The notes beneath the pieces were generated by a model, which did no database searches, had not been told where the DNA came from, and saw only the letters and a list, made by a program, of their open reading frames with translations. Below are positions 32,074 to 42,118 of a DNA stretch of 64,000 bases, one piece after another. The position numbers were made by a program, and so were the translations under genes. The stretch's first letter is position 1. The number at the start of each line of letters is the position of its first letter. The DNA comes from an uncultured Thermoleophilia bacterium (GTDB lineage: Bacteria; Actinomycetota; Thermoleophilia; Gaiellales; Gaiellaceae). Where the stretch lies: contig CAVSIO010000002.1 in assembly GCA_963728095.1 (NCBI GenBank), positions 405,338 to 469,337 on the forward strand. Direction: 5' to 3'.

Positions 32074-32885
32074 GCTGGCGGTCGCACGACGAGCACCGAG
32101 CAGCCCGCGCGGTGCGCAACACGCTCCGAGACGCTGCCGAGGGCGCGCACGCCGTGCAGGCCGCGGCTGCCCACGACGAGCAGGTCGACCCCGTCCGCGG
32201 CCTGGCAGAGGGCCTCGGCCGGCCCCGAGTCGATCTCCTCCGCGAACGGCGTCCGCAGCCGGACGCGCTCGAGCTCGACGCCCTTGCCGCGGAGCGCGAC
32301 GACGACCCCCAGCGCGGCGCCGAAGCGCTGCGCGAGCCCGTCGGCGAGAGCGAGCGCCGCTTCCGACTCCGGCGAGCCGTCCACTCCGACGACCAGGCTG
32401 CGCGGAAAGCCGCGCCCCGACGCCGGCGGCCGCGCGACGAGCACCGAGCAGGGCGCGGAGTGCAGCAGCTCGCCGACGACGCCGCCCAGCACGATCTCGG
32501 AGGCGCGGCTGTGCCCGTGCGTGCCGAGCGCGACGAGTGTCGCCCCCGTCCGCCCGATCTCCCGCAGCAGGGTCGGCGCGGGCGGCCCGTGGACGAGCCT
32601 CACGCCTGCGTCCGGGCCGACGAGCTCCCTTGCGGCGGCGATCGCCGCGTCCCCCTCCCGCTCCAGCTCCTCGGCGAGCCGTCCCGCCGAGAAGCCCGCG
32701 AGCGCCGCCTGCGCCGCGTCGACGACGGTGACGAGCTCGAGCGTCCCCCCGGGAACGACGAGCGCCGCGGCCTGCCTGCAGGCCTCGAGACCGGGTTCGG
32801 TCCCGTCAACGCCGACGATCACGCGGCCGAGAGCGGACTGCATGACCACTGTCGGCTCCGTCGTCTCGGGCGAGCCGGTCATCAC
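32070..32885 (-). CDS. Tandem universal stress protein (two UspA domains), intact
   Basis: RVIVGVDGTEPG...LVALGTHGHSRASEIVLGGVVGELLHSAPCSVLVAR, and a second repeat SLVVGVDGSPES...LLVVGSRGLHGVRALGSVSERVAHRAGCSVLVV. Its stop overlaps the ATPase start (ATGA at 32070-32073). Confidence 0.88.
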   Translation of the reverse strand: MMTGSPETTEPTVVMQSALGRVIVGVDGTEPGLEACRQAAALVVPGGTLELVTVVDAAQAALAGFSAGRLAEELEREGDAAIAAARELVGPDAGVRLVHGPPAPTLLREIGRTGATLVALGTHGHSRASEIVLGGVVGELLHSAPCSVLVARPPASGRGFPRSLVVGVDGSPESEAALALADGLAQRFGAALGVVVALRGKGVELERVRLRTPFAEEIDSGPAEALCQAADGVDLLVVGSRGLHGVRALGSVSERVAHRAGCSVLVVRPPA

Positions 32886-32991
32886 GTACCTCCCGATCCC
32901 AGGCTACGGCCGGCCCGCCCGCCGCACGTCACCGAGCCTCCCGATCGGCGCTGGGGGTTTCTACCGATTCCGGCGGCGGCGGCAGCCCGGC

Positions 32992-34106
32992 TCAGCGCCG
33001 GGGCAGCGCATGCTCCCGCACGAGCAGCGACCGGATCGCCGGGACGGCGAGCGCTCGCCGGAACGGCAGCAGGTCCATCCCGTCCGGCGTCCTCAGGTAG
33101 CCCGGCCCGGAGCCCGCGACGTCGGTGTGCCCGTACTGCCAGACGATCTTCCGTGTGCGGACGTCGATCAGGACGACCCGGTCGCCGGAAGTCGTCGTTG
33201 ACCGCGATCAGGCCGCTGCGCAGGCGCAGCGCCAGGGACGGGTGGTCGAGCATCCCGGGCCCGGACGAGGGACCGTAGCGCCAGAGCACCTTCCCCGCCG
33301 GGTCATGATCAGCGCGTGCCCGGGGCGGGCGTAGTCGGCGAGCAGGAATCTCCCGTGACCGAGCCACTGCGGGTCGGAGGGATACGACACCGGCGCCCGC
33401 ACCGACCAGAGCAGCCGCCCCCGCGGCGAGAACGCGTCGATCCAGCCGGCGATCTCGCTCACGAGAAGGCCGCCGCCCGGCAGCGGGGTGCCGGCGTTGA
33501 CGGCGCCGAGCGTGCGCGGCGGGTCGTGGCGGCAGACGCCCCCTGTCCGACCTCGCGGACGACCCGGTGCGAGCGGTCGATGAAGAGGATGCGGCAGTTG
33601 TAGGCGTCCGCGACGGAGAGGAGCCCGTCGCGGAGCAGGTACGCGTCGTCCGGCGTGTTCAGGTAGCCGGGCGCCGAGCCCCTCGCGTTCACGTGGCCGT
33701 AGCGCCAGACCACGCGGCCCTGCGGGAAGGACAGCACCTGGATCGTCTGCTGGTCCTCCTGGTTCGAGACGATCCGGCGCAGATCGGGGCCGAAGAAGGC
33801 GTCGTCGTCGAAGTGGAAGGGATAAGCCGGCGACCGGCCGGCCGCCGGATAGCGCCAGAGGATCCGCTTGCGGCCGTCCACGAGCAGGAGCCTGTCGTTG
33901 CCGCGGTCGGCGATCAGGAGGTAGCCGGGGACCGGGCCGCGCAGCGGCGGCGCGGCCGTGGACGGTGCGGGTGCGGGTGCGGTGGCGCCGGTCGCCGCCG
34001 CCGTCGCGGCCCGGGCGCCGCCGGTTCGCCGCGCAAGCGCGAGACCGCCGGCGGCGGCCGCCGCGAGGAGCAGGAGGGCCGCAAGCAGCCTGGTCGGCAA
34101 CCGCAT
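32992..34106 (-). CDS. Secreted/anchored beta-propeller-like repeat protein, at least 3 frame breaks
   Basis: ATG at 34106. MRLPTRLLAALLLLAAAAAGGLALA. Repeated units: LLIADRGNDRLLLVDGRKRILWRY; LSVADAYNCRILFIDRSHRVV; FLLADYARPGHALIM..GKVLWRYG; LIAVNDDFRDRVVLIDVRTRKIVWQYG. They are spread over 4 frame segments. Confidence 0.6.
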
Positions 34107-34155
34107 CGGGCACGACCCTGCCGCCGCGAGATGAGCGCCCGGTGAAGGCCGGCGG

Positions 34156-35145
34156 TTACTCCGGCGCCTCGGGGGCGGCGAGGCCGTCGCGCAGGCGCCC
34201 GAGCGTCAGCCCCTCCCGCAGGAGGAACACGACGCCCAGGACGTAGCCGACCGACGACTCGATCGCCTGGAGCCCGATCCCGTAGGCGAAGCCCTGCGAG
34301 TACGCGACGCCGTACGAGAGCAGCGGCAGCGCGATCGCCGCCTGCTGGAGACCGACGTTGCCCGGCCACAGAGGCAGGATCAGCGCCACGTTCATCAGCG
34401 CGAGCACGGCGCCGGCCGCGGCGATCGGCAGCGAGAGGTGGAAGGCGCGCATCGCGACCCAGACGGCGAGCAGCTGGAGCCCCCACGCGAGCGTCTGGAG
34501 CGCGACCGCGACGGCGGCGGCACGCGGGGTGCGGAGGACGCCGAGCCCCTGCCGGACGCGCGTCACGGCGAGACGGACCCGTCCCGTCTCGAGCCGCCGT
34601 TCCTGATCGTGCCGGCGGGCGAGCAGGAGGCCGAGCGCGAACACGAGGCAGGCCGCGCCGAGCACCGCGAGCAGAGCGACGTGGCCCCAGTGCGGCACCC
34701 TGGCCGCGACGAGCACCCAGGCGATCAGCCCGATCGACGGGAAGACCTCCAGCAGCCGGTGCGCGACCACGCTCCCGAGCAGCGCCGGCCAGAGCCCCGG
34801 CCGCGGTGGCAGCCTCCGCACGAGGACGCCGACCCGCACCACCTCTCCCACGCGCCCCGGCAGGACGCCGTTCGCGAACATCCCCACGAAGAAGGCCGAG
34901 AACAGGTCTCGGAGCCGCGGATGCGGCGGCGGCACGGCCTGGACGACGACCGTCCGCCAGGCGAGGGCGCGCGTGACCGCCGACGCGAGATTGAGCCCGA
35001 CCGCGCCGAGCGCCCACGTCCAGCTCACCGCCGCCAGCGCGTCGCCGACCCGGCTCCAGTCAGGCCCGCGGAACCAGAGCAGCGCCGCCACGCCGAGCGC
35101 CGCGAGCGCGACGAGGACGAGGCGGAGCCGCGGGTTGAACGTCAC
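34156..35145 (-). CDS. Flippase-like / lysylphosphatidylglycerol-synthase transmembrane-region family protein (UPF0104), intact
   Basis: MTFNPRLRLVLVALAALGVAALLWF... Motif FFVGMFANGVLPGRVGEVVRV. 8 hydrophobic segments. Confidence 0.7.
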   Translation of the reverse strand: MTFNPRLRLVLVALAALGVAALLWFRGPDWSRVGDALAAVSWTWALGAVGLNLASAVTRALAWRTVVVQAVPPPHPRLRDLFSAFFVGMFANGVLPGRVGEVVRVGVLVRRLPPRPGLWPALLGSVVAHRLLEVFPSIGLIAWVLVAARVPHWGHVALLAVLGAACLVFALGLLLARRHDQERRLETGRVRLAVTRVRQGLGVLRTPRAAAVAVALQTLAWGLQLLAVWVAMRAFHLSLPIAAAGAVLALMNVALILPLWPGNVGLQQAAIALPLLSYGVAYSQGFAYGIGLQAIESSVGYVLGVVFLLREGLTLGRLRDGLAAPEAPE

Positions 35146-35152
35146 CGTTCCC

Positions 35153-36706
35153 TCAGCAGCGCGGCCGCGACGTCGCCGCGTCGATCAGCTCGTCGGGCGT
35201 CGCCGGCACCCGGAGCGTGAAAGAGCCGGCGGCCGGCAGCACGAGCCACGTCATCAGCCCGGGGCCGCGGCGGATGCAGCCGGCCCCGCTCAGCGTCCAG
35301 TACGGGTTGTAGTGCGCGCGGAGCAGGTAACGGCCGGGCGCCGAGACGCGGCCGACGACCGCGGTGTGCCCGAACCTCGTCACCCGTGCCGTCCCCAGGC
35401 CCGTCAGGAGCGGCGTCGCGTGCGGCAGCTCGTAGATCGTCCAGCCCGCGCTGCGGAAGACGACCCGCAGCCCGGAGCCGGGCGAGCGCAGCACCTTCGC
35501 CTCCTGGGGGCCGCCGACCCAGTCGAGCCGCGTCGCCGGCAGGAGCACGTAGCGCACGGCGTTCGCGCGCAGCCAGCGCCGGTAGCCCGCCGCGTCGAGG
35601 TGCTTCGAGTAGAGCGCCGGGTTGTCCACCACGTCGAGCTGCCGGTACCAGCCGCGCGCGAGCGGGAACCCCGCCTTCGGGATCCAGTACGACTCCCAGT
35701 GCGCCGCCGTGGGCACCACCTCGACCCGGAAGTCGGGCGTCGCGTGCCGGGCCAGGAACGACAGCGCCGGCTGCCAGAACGCCGCCTTCGCCGGCCGGCC
35801 GTCGAGCCGGTACGGGATCAGCAGGAGGTAGGGCGTGACGTTGTACGCGAACGCGACGGCCAGCGCGAGGGCGACGAGCCGCCGCGGCCGGAACCGCGCG
35901 AGCGCGGCCGTCAGCAGCATGAGCGGGAAGACGAAGGCGCTCAGACGCGTCCAGTTGTCCCCGAGCGGCGAGGGAACGACGTAGACCACGATGCTGCCGA
36001 GGCCCCACAGCGCGTAGAAGGCGACGAGCGGCGCGGCGCCGCCCGCCCGCCGGGCGACGAGCGCCCCGAGCGCGGACACGAGCACGACGCCGGCGAAGTC
36101 GATCCAGTGGAACGGGTAGACGCCGTGGCTCGGGAACAGGAGGAGCGCGGCGAGCTCGACCCCGCCGATCGCGACGACGCTCGCGCCGACCAGCAGCGTC
36201 CGCCGCGAGACGCTCCGCCGGGGGAGGAAGACCGCGGCGAGCAGCAGGCAGAGGAACGCGAACGCGAGCGGGCTGAAGCCGACGGTGAGCGCGGCGAGCA
36301 GGATCGCGAGCCACGTCCGCCGCGCCTGGAGCGCCTTGAGCGCGCCCAGCATCGTGGCGAAGCCGAGCGAGTAGCTGTAGAGCCCCGTGAAGACCGGCGC
36401 CGCCGCGAGCACGCCGAAGACGCGGCTCGGCCACAGCGCCGCCTCCCCCCACTGGCGCAGCGCGAGCGAGGAGAAGAGCATCGTCGAGACGACGGCGGAC
36501 GCGAAGACGAGCGGCAGGTTCCCCACGAGCGCCGCCGGCAGGTAGTAAAGGAGGCTGTACGAGGCGAGCGGGTAGTCGCCCGCGTACCAGTAGTTGTCCC
36601 AGACGAGCGTGCCGTGCCGGACGAGCAGCGTCCGGTAGAGGTGCGCGGGCGCGTCCCCCGGCGCCGGCCCGACGAGCAGCAGCAGCGCGGCGACCGCGGC
36701 CGTCAC
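35153..36706 (-). CDS. Large polytopic membrane protein with a C-terminal extracytoplasmic domain, GT-C-like glycosyltransferase architecture (family unresolved), intact
   Basis: Uninterrupted from GTG 36706 (alternative CTG 36784). LVWDNYWYAGDYPLASYSLLYY. About 12 hydrophobic segments, then a soluble ~190-aa tail (WESYWIPKAGFPLARGWYRQLD...). Confidence 0.6.
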   Translation of the reverse strand: MTAAVAALLLLVGPAPGDAPAHLYRTLLVRHGTLVWDNYWYAGDYPLASYSLLYYLPAALVGNLPLVFASAVVSTMLFSSLALRQWGEAALWPSRVFGVLAAAPVFTGLYSYSLGFATMLGALKALQARRTWLAILLAALTVGFSPLAFAFLCLLLAAVFLPRRSVSRRTLLVGASVVAIGGVELAALLLFPSHGVYPFHWIDFAGVVLVSALGALVARRAGGAAPLVAFYALWGLGSIVVYVVPSPLGDNWTRLSAFVFPLMLLTAALARFRPRRLVALALAVAFAYNVTPYLLLIPYRLDGRPAKAAFWQPALSFLARHATPDFRVEVVPTAAHWESYWIPKAGFPLARGWYRQLDVVDNPALYSKHLDAAGYRRWLRANAVRYVLLPATRLDWVGGPQEAKVLRSPGSGLRVVFRSAGWTIYELPHATPLLTGLGTARVTRFGHTAVVGRVSAPGRYLLRAHYNPYWTLSGAGCIRRGPGLMTWLVLPAAGSFTLRVPATPDELIDAATSRPRC

Positions 36707-36901
36707 GAGCGCGCCCAGCCAGAGCTCGCGCCGCCGGGCGGCGAGGGCGCCGAGGTGAAACTCGCTCGTCGTCGGGGCGCTCAGGACATCCTCCCTCCGG
36801 GAACAGGCGGGCGAGCCAAGCCTACGGAGCGCCGCCACGCGCCCGTCGCGTCCCCCGCCCGGCGCAACCTGAACGCAACATCCCGCAGCTAGGCTGCGGC
36901 G

Positions 36902-37846
36902 GTGATCGAGGCTCGCAACCTTACGAAGGACTACGGCTCGAAGCGGGCCGTGGACGGGCTCAGCTTCACGGTCGAGCCCGGCGTCGTCACCGGCTTCCTC
37001 GGCCCGAACGGCTCCGGCAAGTCGACGACGATGCGCCTCGTCCTCGGCCTCGACGCGCCCACCGCGGGCGACGTGACCGTGAACGGGAAGCACTACCGCG
37101 AGCACGCCGCGCCGCTGCACGAGGTCGGCGCGCTGCTGGAGGCGCGCTCCGTCCACACCGGCCGGTCCGCGTACAACCACCTGCTCGCCCTCGCGCAAAC
37201 GCACGGGATCCCGAAGCGCCGCGTGGACGAGATGATCGACCTCGTCGGCCTGCACGAGGTGGCGCGCAAGCGCGCCGGGCAGTTCTCGCTCGGCATGGGC
37301 CAGCGGCTCGGCATCGCGGCGGCGCTGCTCGGCGACCCGAAGACGGTGATGCTCGACGAGCCGGTGAACGGGCTCGACCCGGAGGGGATCCAGTGGGTCC
37401 GGAACCTGCTCAAGCGCCTCGCCGCCGACGGCCGCACCGTCTTCGTCTCCTCGCACCTGATGACCGAGATGGCGCTCACCGCCGACCACCTGATCGTGAT
37501 CGGGCGCGGGAAGCTGATCGCCGACACGAGCGTCGACGACTTCGTCGCCCGCGCCTCGAAGAAGGTCGTGCTCGTCCGCTCCCCCGAGCTGGAGCGGCTG
37601 CGCGGACTGCTCGCCGCCCCCGAGGTGACGTTCGAGCCGCGCGAGCGCGACGGGCTCGAGGTGCACGGGCTGACCGCGGAGCAGGTCGGCGACCTCGCCG
37701 CCTCCAACGGGATCGCGATCCACGAGCTCACGCCGCAGCAGGCGTCGCTCGAGGAGGCGTTCATGGACATCACGCGCGACGAGGTCGAGTTCCGCTCGCT
37801 GTTCGAGGACGAGCCGGCGCCGGAGCCCGAGGAGGCAGCGGCGTGA
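36902..37846 (+). CDS. ABC transporter ATP-binding protein (ABC-2 exporter type), intact
   Basis: Walker A: GPNGSGKST. Signature: FSLGMGQRLGIA. Walker B: VMLDEP. H-loop: VSSH. Confidence 0.92.
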   Translation: MIEARNLTKDYGSKRAVDGLSFTVEPGVVTGFLGPNGSGKSTTMRLVLGLDAPTAGDVTVNGKHYREHAAPLHEVGALLEARSVHTGRSAYNHLLALAQTHGIPKRRVDEMIDLVGLHEVARKRAGQFSLGMGQRLGIAAALLGDPKTVMLDEPVNGLDPEGIQWVRNLLKRLAADGRTVFVSSHLMTEMALTADHLIVIGRGKLIADTSVDDFVARASKKVVLVRSPELERLRGLLAAPEVTFEPRERDGLEVHGLTAEQVGDLAASNGIAIHELTPQQASLEEAFMDITRDEVEFRSLFEDEPAPEPEEAAA

Positions 37847-37903
37847 CCGCTCTCGGCGGCATCGACCGGATCCCGCGCCTCGAGCGCACCGGGCACGTGA
37901 CGC

Positions 37904-38668
37904 ATGCCGCGCGTGCTGCTCTCCGAGTGGACGAAGCTCCGCTCGGTCCGCTCGACCGCGTGGTCGCTCGCCGTCGCGGTCGTCTTCACGATCGGGATCG
38001 CGGCGCTCGCGTCGGGGATCGTCGCGCACCACTGGCCGCAGATGCACCCGCGCGACAAGGCGGACTTCAACCCGCTCGACGTCAGCCTCGCCGGCGTCCA
38101 GCTCGCGCAGCTCGCGATCGGCGTCCTCGGCGTGCTCGTGATCACCGCCGAGTACTCGACCGGGATGATCCGCTCCTCGATGACGGCGGCGCCGCGGCGC
38201 CTGCCCGTGCTCTGGGCGAAGGCGATCGTCTACGCGCTCGTCACGCTCGCCCTGCTGACGCCGGCGGCCGTGGCGGCGTTCTTCACGGCGCAGGCGATCC
38301 TGTCCCGCCGCGGCATCTCCTACGCGTTCGCGCACCCGGGCGTTCCGCGCGTGGTGCTCGGCGCGGGGCTCTACCTCGCCGTGGTCGGCATCTTCGGGCT
38401 CGGGCTCGGCGCGATCGTCCGCAACACCGCCGGCGGGATCGCAACCTTCGCCGGGATCATGTTCGTCCTGCCGCCGCTGATGAACGTCCTGCCTGCGAGC
38501 TGGAACGCGGCAGCGTCGCCGTACCTGCCGCTCCAGGCGGGCGAGGCGCTGCTGGCGCTGCACCGCGGCAACCAGCTCGCGCCCTGGACCGGCTTCGGCG
38601 ATCCTCTGCGCGTACGCCGCCGCGTCGCTCGCGATCGCCGCGGTGCTGCTCCTGCGCCGCGACGTCTA
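37904..38668 (+). CDS. ABC-2 type transporter permease, one frame break near 38595
   Basis: MPRVLLSEWTKLRSVRSTAWSLAVAVVFTIG...VITAEYSTGMIRSSMTA. The last TM segment (ILCAYAAASLAIAAVLLLRRDV) is in the adjacent frame. Confidence 0.8.
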
Positions 38669-38716
38669 GCGGCAGACGCGAGCGCGGCGGCGGGCCCGCC
38701 TGCGACGATTCGGGGC

Positions 38717-40213
38717 ATGACGGAGGAGAACCGGACCTCCCGCGTCCTCGCCGACATCTCGGCGCTCGCCTCGGCGGCGGCCGGAGCGGCGTCCGAGCGC
38801 CTGACGGTCGTGCTCGGCGGCGCCGAGCGCAAGCGCGTGATCGTCGTGCTCGCGTGCGTGCTCGGGTTGAGCGGGGCGGACGCGGCGACGGTCGGCGCCT
38901 CCGCGACCGAGCTGCGGGCCGGCCTGCACATCTCCAACACCGACATCGGGCTGCTCGTCGCGGTCACCTCGCTCGTCGGCGCGGTCGGGACGCTCCCCTT
39001 CGGCGTGCTCGCCGACCGAGTGCGCCGCACGTGGACGCTCGGCGGCGCGATCGTGCTCTGGGGCGCCGCGATGCTGTGGAGCGCCGCGGTGTCCGACTTC
39101 CACGAGCTCCTGCTGGCGCGCCTCTTCCTCGGCGCGGTCACCGCGGCGGCCGGCCCGCTCGTCGCCTCACTCGTCGGCGACTACTTCGGGAGCTGGGAGC
39201 GCGGCAAGATCTACGGCTTCATCCTCAGCGGCGAGCTGCTCGGCGCCGGCATCGGCTTCGGGGTCACCGGCGACATCGCGGCGCTCTCGTGGCGGGCGGC
39301 GTTCGTGATCCTCGCGCTGCCTGCCTTCGCGCTCGCCTGGCTCGTCGTCCGCCTCCCGGAGCCGGAGCGCGGCGGCAGGGGCGTGCTCGCGCACGCCTCG
39401 GAGGCCCCGCCTCCGGCGAACGCGGACGTCCCGCACGAGACCGACGCGCAACGGCTCGCGCGCGAGCGCGGCCTCGAAGCCGACCCGAGGCTCGTCCTCG
39501 ACGGCGACCCCGCCCGGATGAACCTGATCGCGGCGGTGCGCTACGTGCTGCGGATCCGGACGAACATCATCCTGATCGCGGCGAGCGCGTGCGGCTACTA
39601 CTTCCTCGCCGGCGTCCAGACGTTCGGCGCGGAGTTCGCGAAGGAGCAGTACTCGATCAACCAGGCGCTCGCGAACCTGCTGCTGCTCGTGATCGGGACC
39701 GGGGCGATCGGCGGCGTGCTCGCCGGCGGCAATGTCGGCGACGCGCTGCTGCGCCGCGGCCGCCTGAACGGGCGGGTCGTCACACCCGCGGTGGCCGCGG
39801 CGCTGACGACGATCCTGTTCGTCCCGGCGCTCTTCACGCGCAGCGTCGTGACCGCCGTGCCGTACCTGATGGCCGCGGTGTTCATGCTCTCGGCGCAGAA
39901 CCCGCCGCTCGACGCGGCCCGGCTGGACATCATGCCGCCGCTGCTCTGGGGGCGGGCCGAGTCGGTGCGGACGCTGCTGCGCTCGCTCGCCCAGGCGCTC
40001 GCGCCGCTGCTCTTCGGCGTGGTCTCCGACCACGTCTTCGGCGGCGGACGCTCGGGGCTCCAGTGGACGTTCGTCGTGATGCTCGTGCCGCTCGGGGCAA
40101 GCGCGTGGCTGCTGTTCAAGGCGCGGCGCACCTACCCGGCAGACGTCGCGGCGGCCGCTGCCGCACCCCGCCCTCGCCCGCGGCCCGTTCCGGCGGCGGC
40201 CTCCGAGGCGTAG
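38717..40213 (+). CDS. MFS transporter, intact
   Basis: ATG at 38717. GVLADRVRR (MFS motif A-like). 12-14 hydrophobic segments with a central loop. Confidence 0.85.
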   Translation: MTEENRTSRVLADISALASAAAGAASERLTVVLGGAERKRVIVVLACVLGLSGADAATVGASATELRAGLHISNTDIGLLVAVTSLVGAVGTLPFGVLADRVRRTWTLGGAIVLWGAAMLWSAAVSDFHELLLARLFLGAVTAAAGPLVASLVGDYFGSWERGKIYGFILSGELLGAGIGFGVTGDIAALSWRAAFVILALPAFALAWLVVRLPEPERGGRGVLAHASEAPPPANADVPHETDAQRLARERGLEADPRLVLDGDPARMNLIAAVRYVLRIRTNIILIAASACGYYFLAGVQTFGAEFAKEQYSINQALANLLLLVIGTGAIGGVLAGGNVGDALLRRGRLNGRVVTPAVAAALTTILFVPALFTRSVVTAVPYLMAAVFMLSAQNPPLDAARLDIMPPLLWGRAESVRTLLRSLAQALAPLLFGVVSDHVFGGGRSGLQWTFVVMLVPLGASAWLLFKARRTYPADVAAAAAAPRPRPRPVPAAASEA

Positions 40214-40225
40214 GCGAGCGCCCGG

Positions 40226-40465
40226 CTAACGGCCGGTGGTCGTGCCCGACGACGAGCCGGCGCCGGAACGGCGCAGCGGCGGCAGGAGGTCGCCCGTCAG
40301 CTGCGAGAAGGGACGCCAGGGCTCGTCCTGCCAGTCCCGCCCGCCGCACATGGGGCACGCCGGGACGGCGCCGGCGACGACGATCCCGTACCCGCATCCG
40401 GCGCACCGGTAGCCGATCCGGCGTCGCCGGGCCGGCCGCAGCGCCGTCGCACGGTCGGTGCTCAT
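40226..40465 (-). CDS. Small zinc-ribbon protein (79 aa)
   Basis: ATG at 40465 preceded by GGAGGAGGA. YRCAGCGYGIVVAGAVPACPMCGG carries two CxxC pairs. Confidence 0.5.
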   Translation of the reverse strand: MSTDRATALRPARRRRIGYRCAGCGYGIVVAGAVPACPMCGGRDWQDEPWRPFSQLTGDLLPPLRRSGAGSSSGTTTGR

Positions 40466-40603
40466 CTTCCTCCTCCGGTCCCGCTCCGCCGAGCGGGACG
40501 AGTTCTCCGCCACCGACAATAGCGCTCCCGGCGCTCGAATGCCGGGAACGTCCCGGGGCGCAGAGCGTGCGACCGCGCCTCGCCTCCCGCTACGCTCGTT
40601 GCG

Positions 40604-41359
40604 ATGAGCGCCGCCTTTCTCGTCGCCTCCGCGTTCCTGGCGAGCGCCGTCGAGATGGTGGAGGCGCTGACGATCGTGCTCGCCGCCGGGCTCGCGCGCG
40701 GCTGGCGCTCGTCGCTGACCGGCGTCGGGGCGGCCGCGGTCGCGCTCGCCGTCGTCGTCGCCGCGCTCGGTCCGGCGCTCACCGTCGTCCCGCTCGGCGC
40801 GCTGCGGCTCGTCGTCGGCTCGCTCCTGCTCGTGTTCGGGCTGCAGTGGCTGCGCAAGGCGATCCTGCGCGCGAGCGGCTTCAAGGCGCTCCACGACGAG
40901 GACGCGATCTTCACGCGCGAGCTCGAGGAGGCGCGGAGCGCGGGCCACGTGGAGCGGGCGGGGCTCGACTGGTACGGCTTCACGCTTTCCTTCAAAGGCG
41001 TGTTCCTGGAGGGGCTCGAGGTGGCCTTCATCGTGCTCACCTTCGGGAGCACGCAGGGCAGCATCCCGCTCGCGGCGCTCGGCGCGGCCGCCGCGATCGT
41101 CCTCGTCGCCGGCGTGGGCGTCGCGGTGCGCGCCCCGCTGGCGCGCGTGCCGGAGAACGCGATGAAGTTCGCGGTCGGGATCATGCTGACGACCTTCGGG
41201 ATCTTCTGGGGCGCCGAGGGCGCCGGCGCGGACTGGCCCGGCGGGGACGCCGCACTGCCCGGCGTGCTCGCGTTCGTGATCGCATCCTCGCTGCTGCTCG
41301 TCGCCCTGCTGCGGCGGACGCGGCGGGCACTCCCGGTCGCCGCGGGAGCCGAGGCATGA
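40604..41359 (+). CDS. Integral membrane protein (about 6 TM, COG4280-like), intact
   Basis: MSAAFLVASAFLASAVEMVEALTIVLAAG...FLEGLEVAFIVLTFG. Internal two-fold repeat of E-x-x-E/hydrophobic helices. Confidence 0.6.
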   Translation: MSAAFLVASAFLASAVEMVEALTIVLAAGLARGWRSSLTGVGAAAVALAVVVAALGPALTVVPLGALRLVVGSLLLVFGLQWLRKAILRASGFKALHDEDAIFTRELEEARSAGHVERAGLDWYGFTLSFKGVFLEGLEVAFIVLTFGSTQGSIPLAALGAAAAIVLVAGVGVAVRAPLARVPENAMKFAVGIMLTTFGIFWGAEGAGADWPGGDAALPGVLAFVIASSLLLVALLRRTRRALPVAAGAEA

Positions 41360-41565
41360 GCCGGCTCGCCGCCTTCGGACGCTTCTGGTGGAGCTTCGTC
41401 ATCGGCGACGACTGGCTCGCGGCCGCAGGCGTCGCGACGGCGCTCGGCGCGACGGCGCTGCTCGCCACGGAGAAGGTCGCGGCGTGGTGGCTGCTCCCGG
41501 TCGCCGTGGTCGTCGTCCTCTACGCCTCGCTCCGGCGCGCGATCGCGCAGCGGGCCGCGCCGTAG
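41356..41565 (+). CDS. Small membrane protein (69 aa), translationally coupled to the preceding gene
   Basis: ATG at 41356 overlaps stop 41357-41359 (ATGA). MSRLAAFGRFWWSFVIGDDWLAAAGVATALGATALLA...WWLLPVAVVVVLY. Confidence 0.45.
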   Translation: MSRLAAFGRFWWSFVIGDDWLAAAGVATALGATALLATEKVAAWWLLPVAVVVVLYASLRRAIAQRAAP

Positions 41566-41596
41566 TCCCCCGCAGGAGGCGTCGGAGCTTCCGCTG

Positions 41597-42118
41597 ATGG
41601 CCTGCGCCGGCCGGCGGCCGAGGCTTCCGGCTGTGCGGCTTCCTTCGGGACGTCCTTCCTGGCGGCGCCTGCTCGGCTGGAGCGCGCTCGGGCTCGTTTC
41701 CCTCTTCCTGCTCGCGCAGGTGGTGCCCTACGGGCGCAACCACTCGAATCCTGCCGTGACCAAGGAGCCGGCCTGGGACTCGCCCCGCACGCGGGTGCTC
41801 GCCGCACGGGCCTGCTTCGACTGTCACAGCAATCAGACGACGTGGAAGTGGTACTCGAACGTCGCGCCCGTCTCGTGGCTCGTCGCGAGCGACGTCAGCG
41901 GCGGCCGCAGCCAGTTCAACTTCTCGGAGTGGGACAAGCCACAGGACGTGAGCGGCAGCTCACTCGACGAGACGATCCGGGGCGGCTCGATGCCGCCATG
42001 GTTCTACACGATCGTCCACAGCAGCGCGAAGCTCAACGCCGCCGACCGGGAGGCGCTGATCGCCGGCCTCGCCGCGACGCTCGCCGCCTCGCCTCCGGTG
42101 CCCGGTGGCGGCGGCTAG
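41597..42118 (+). CDS. Haem-binding-domain protein (membrane-anchored, CxxCH)
   Basis: TM anchor LLGWSALGLVSLFLLA. CFDCHSN haem c-type motif, followed by WYSNVAPVSWLV and GSMPPWFY. Confidence 0.7.
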   Translation: MACAGRRPRLPAVRLPSGRPSWRRLLGWSALGLVSLFLLAQVVPYGRNHSNPAVTKEPAWDSPRTRVLAARACFDCHSNQTTWKWYSNVAPVSWLVASDVSGGRSQFNFSEWDKPQDVSGSSLDETIRGGSMPPWFYTIVHSSAKLNAADREALIAGLAATLAASPPVPGGGG

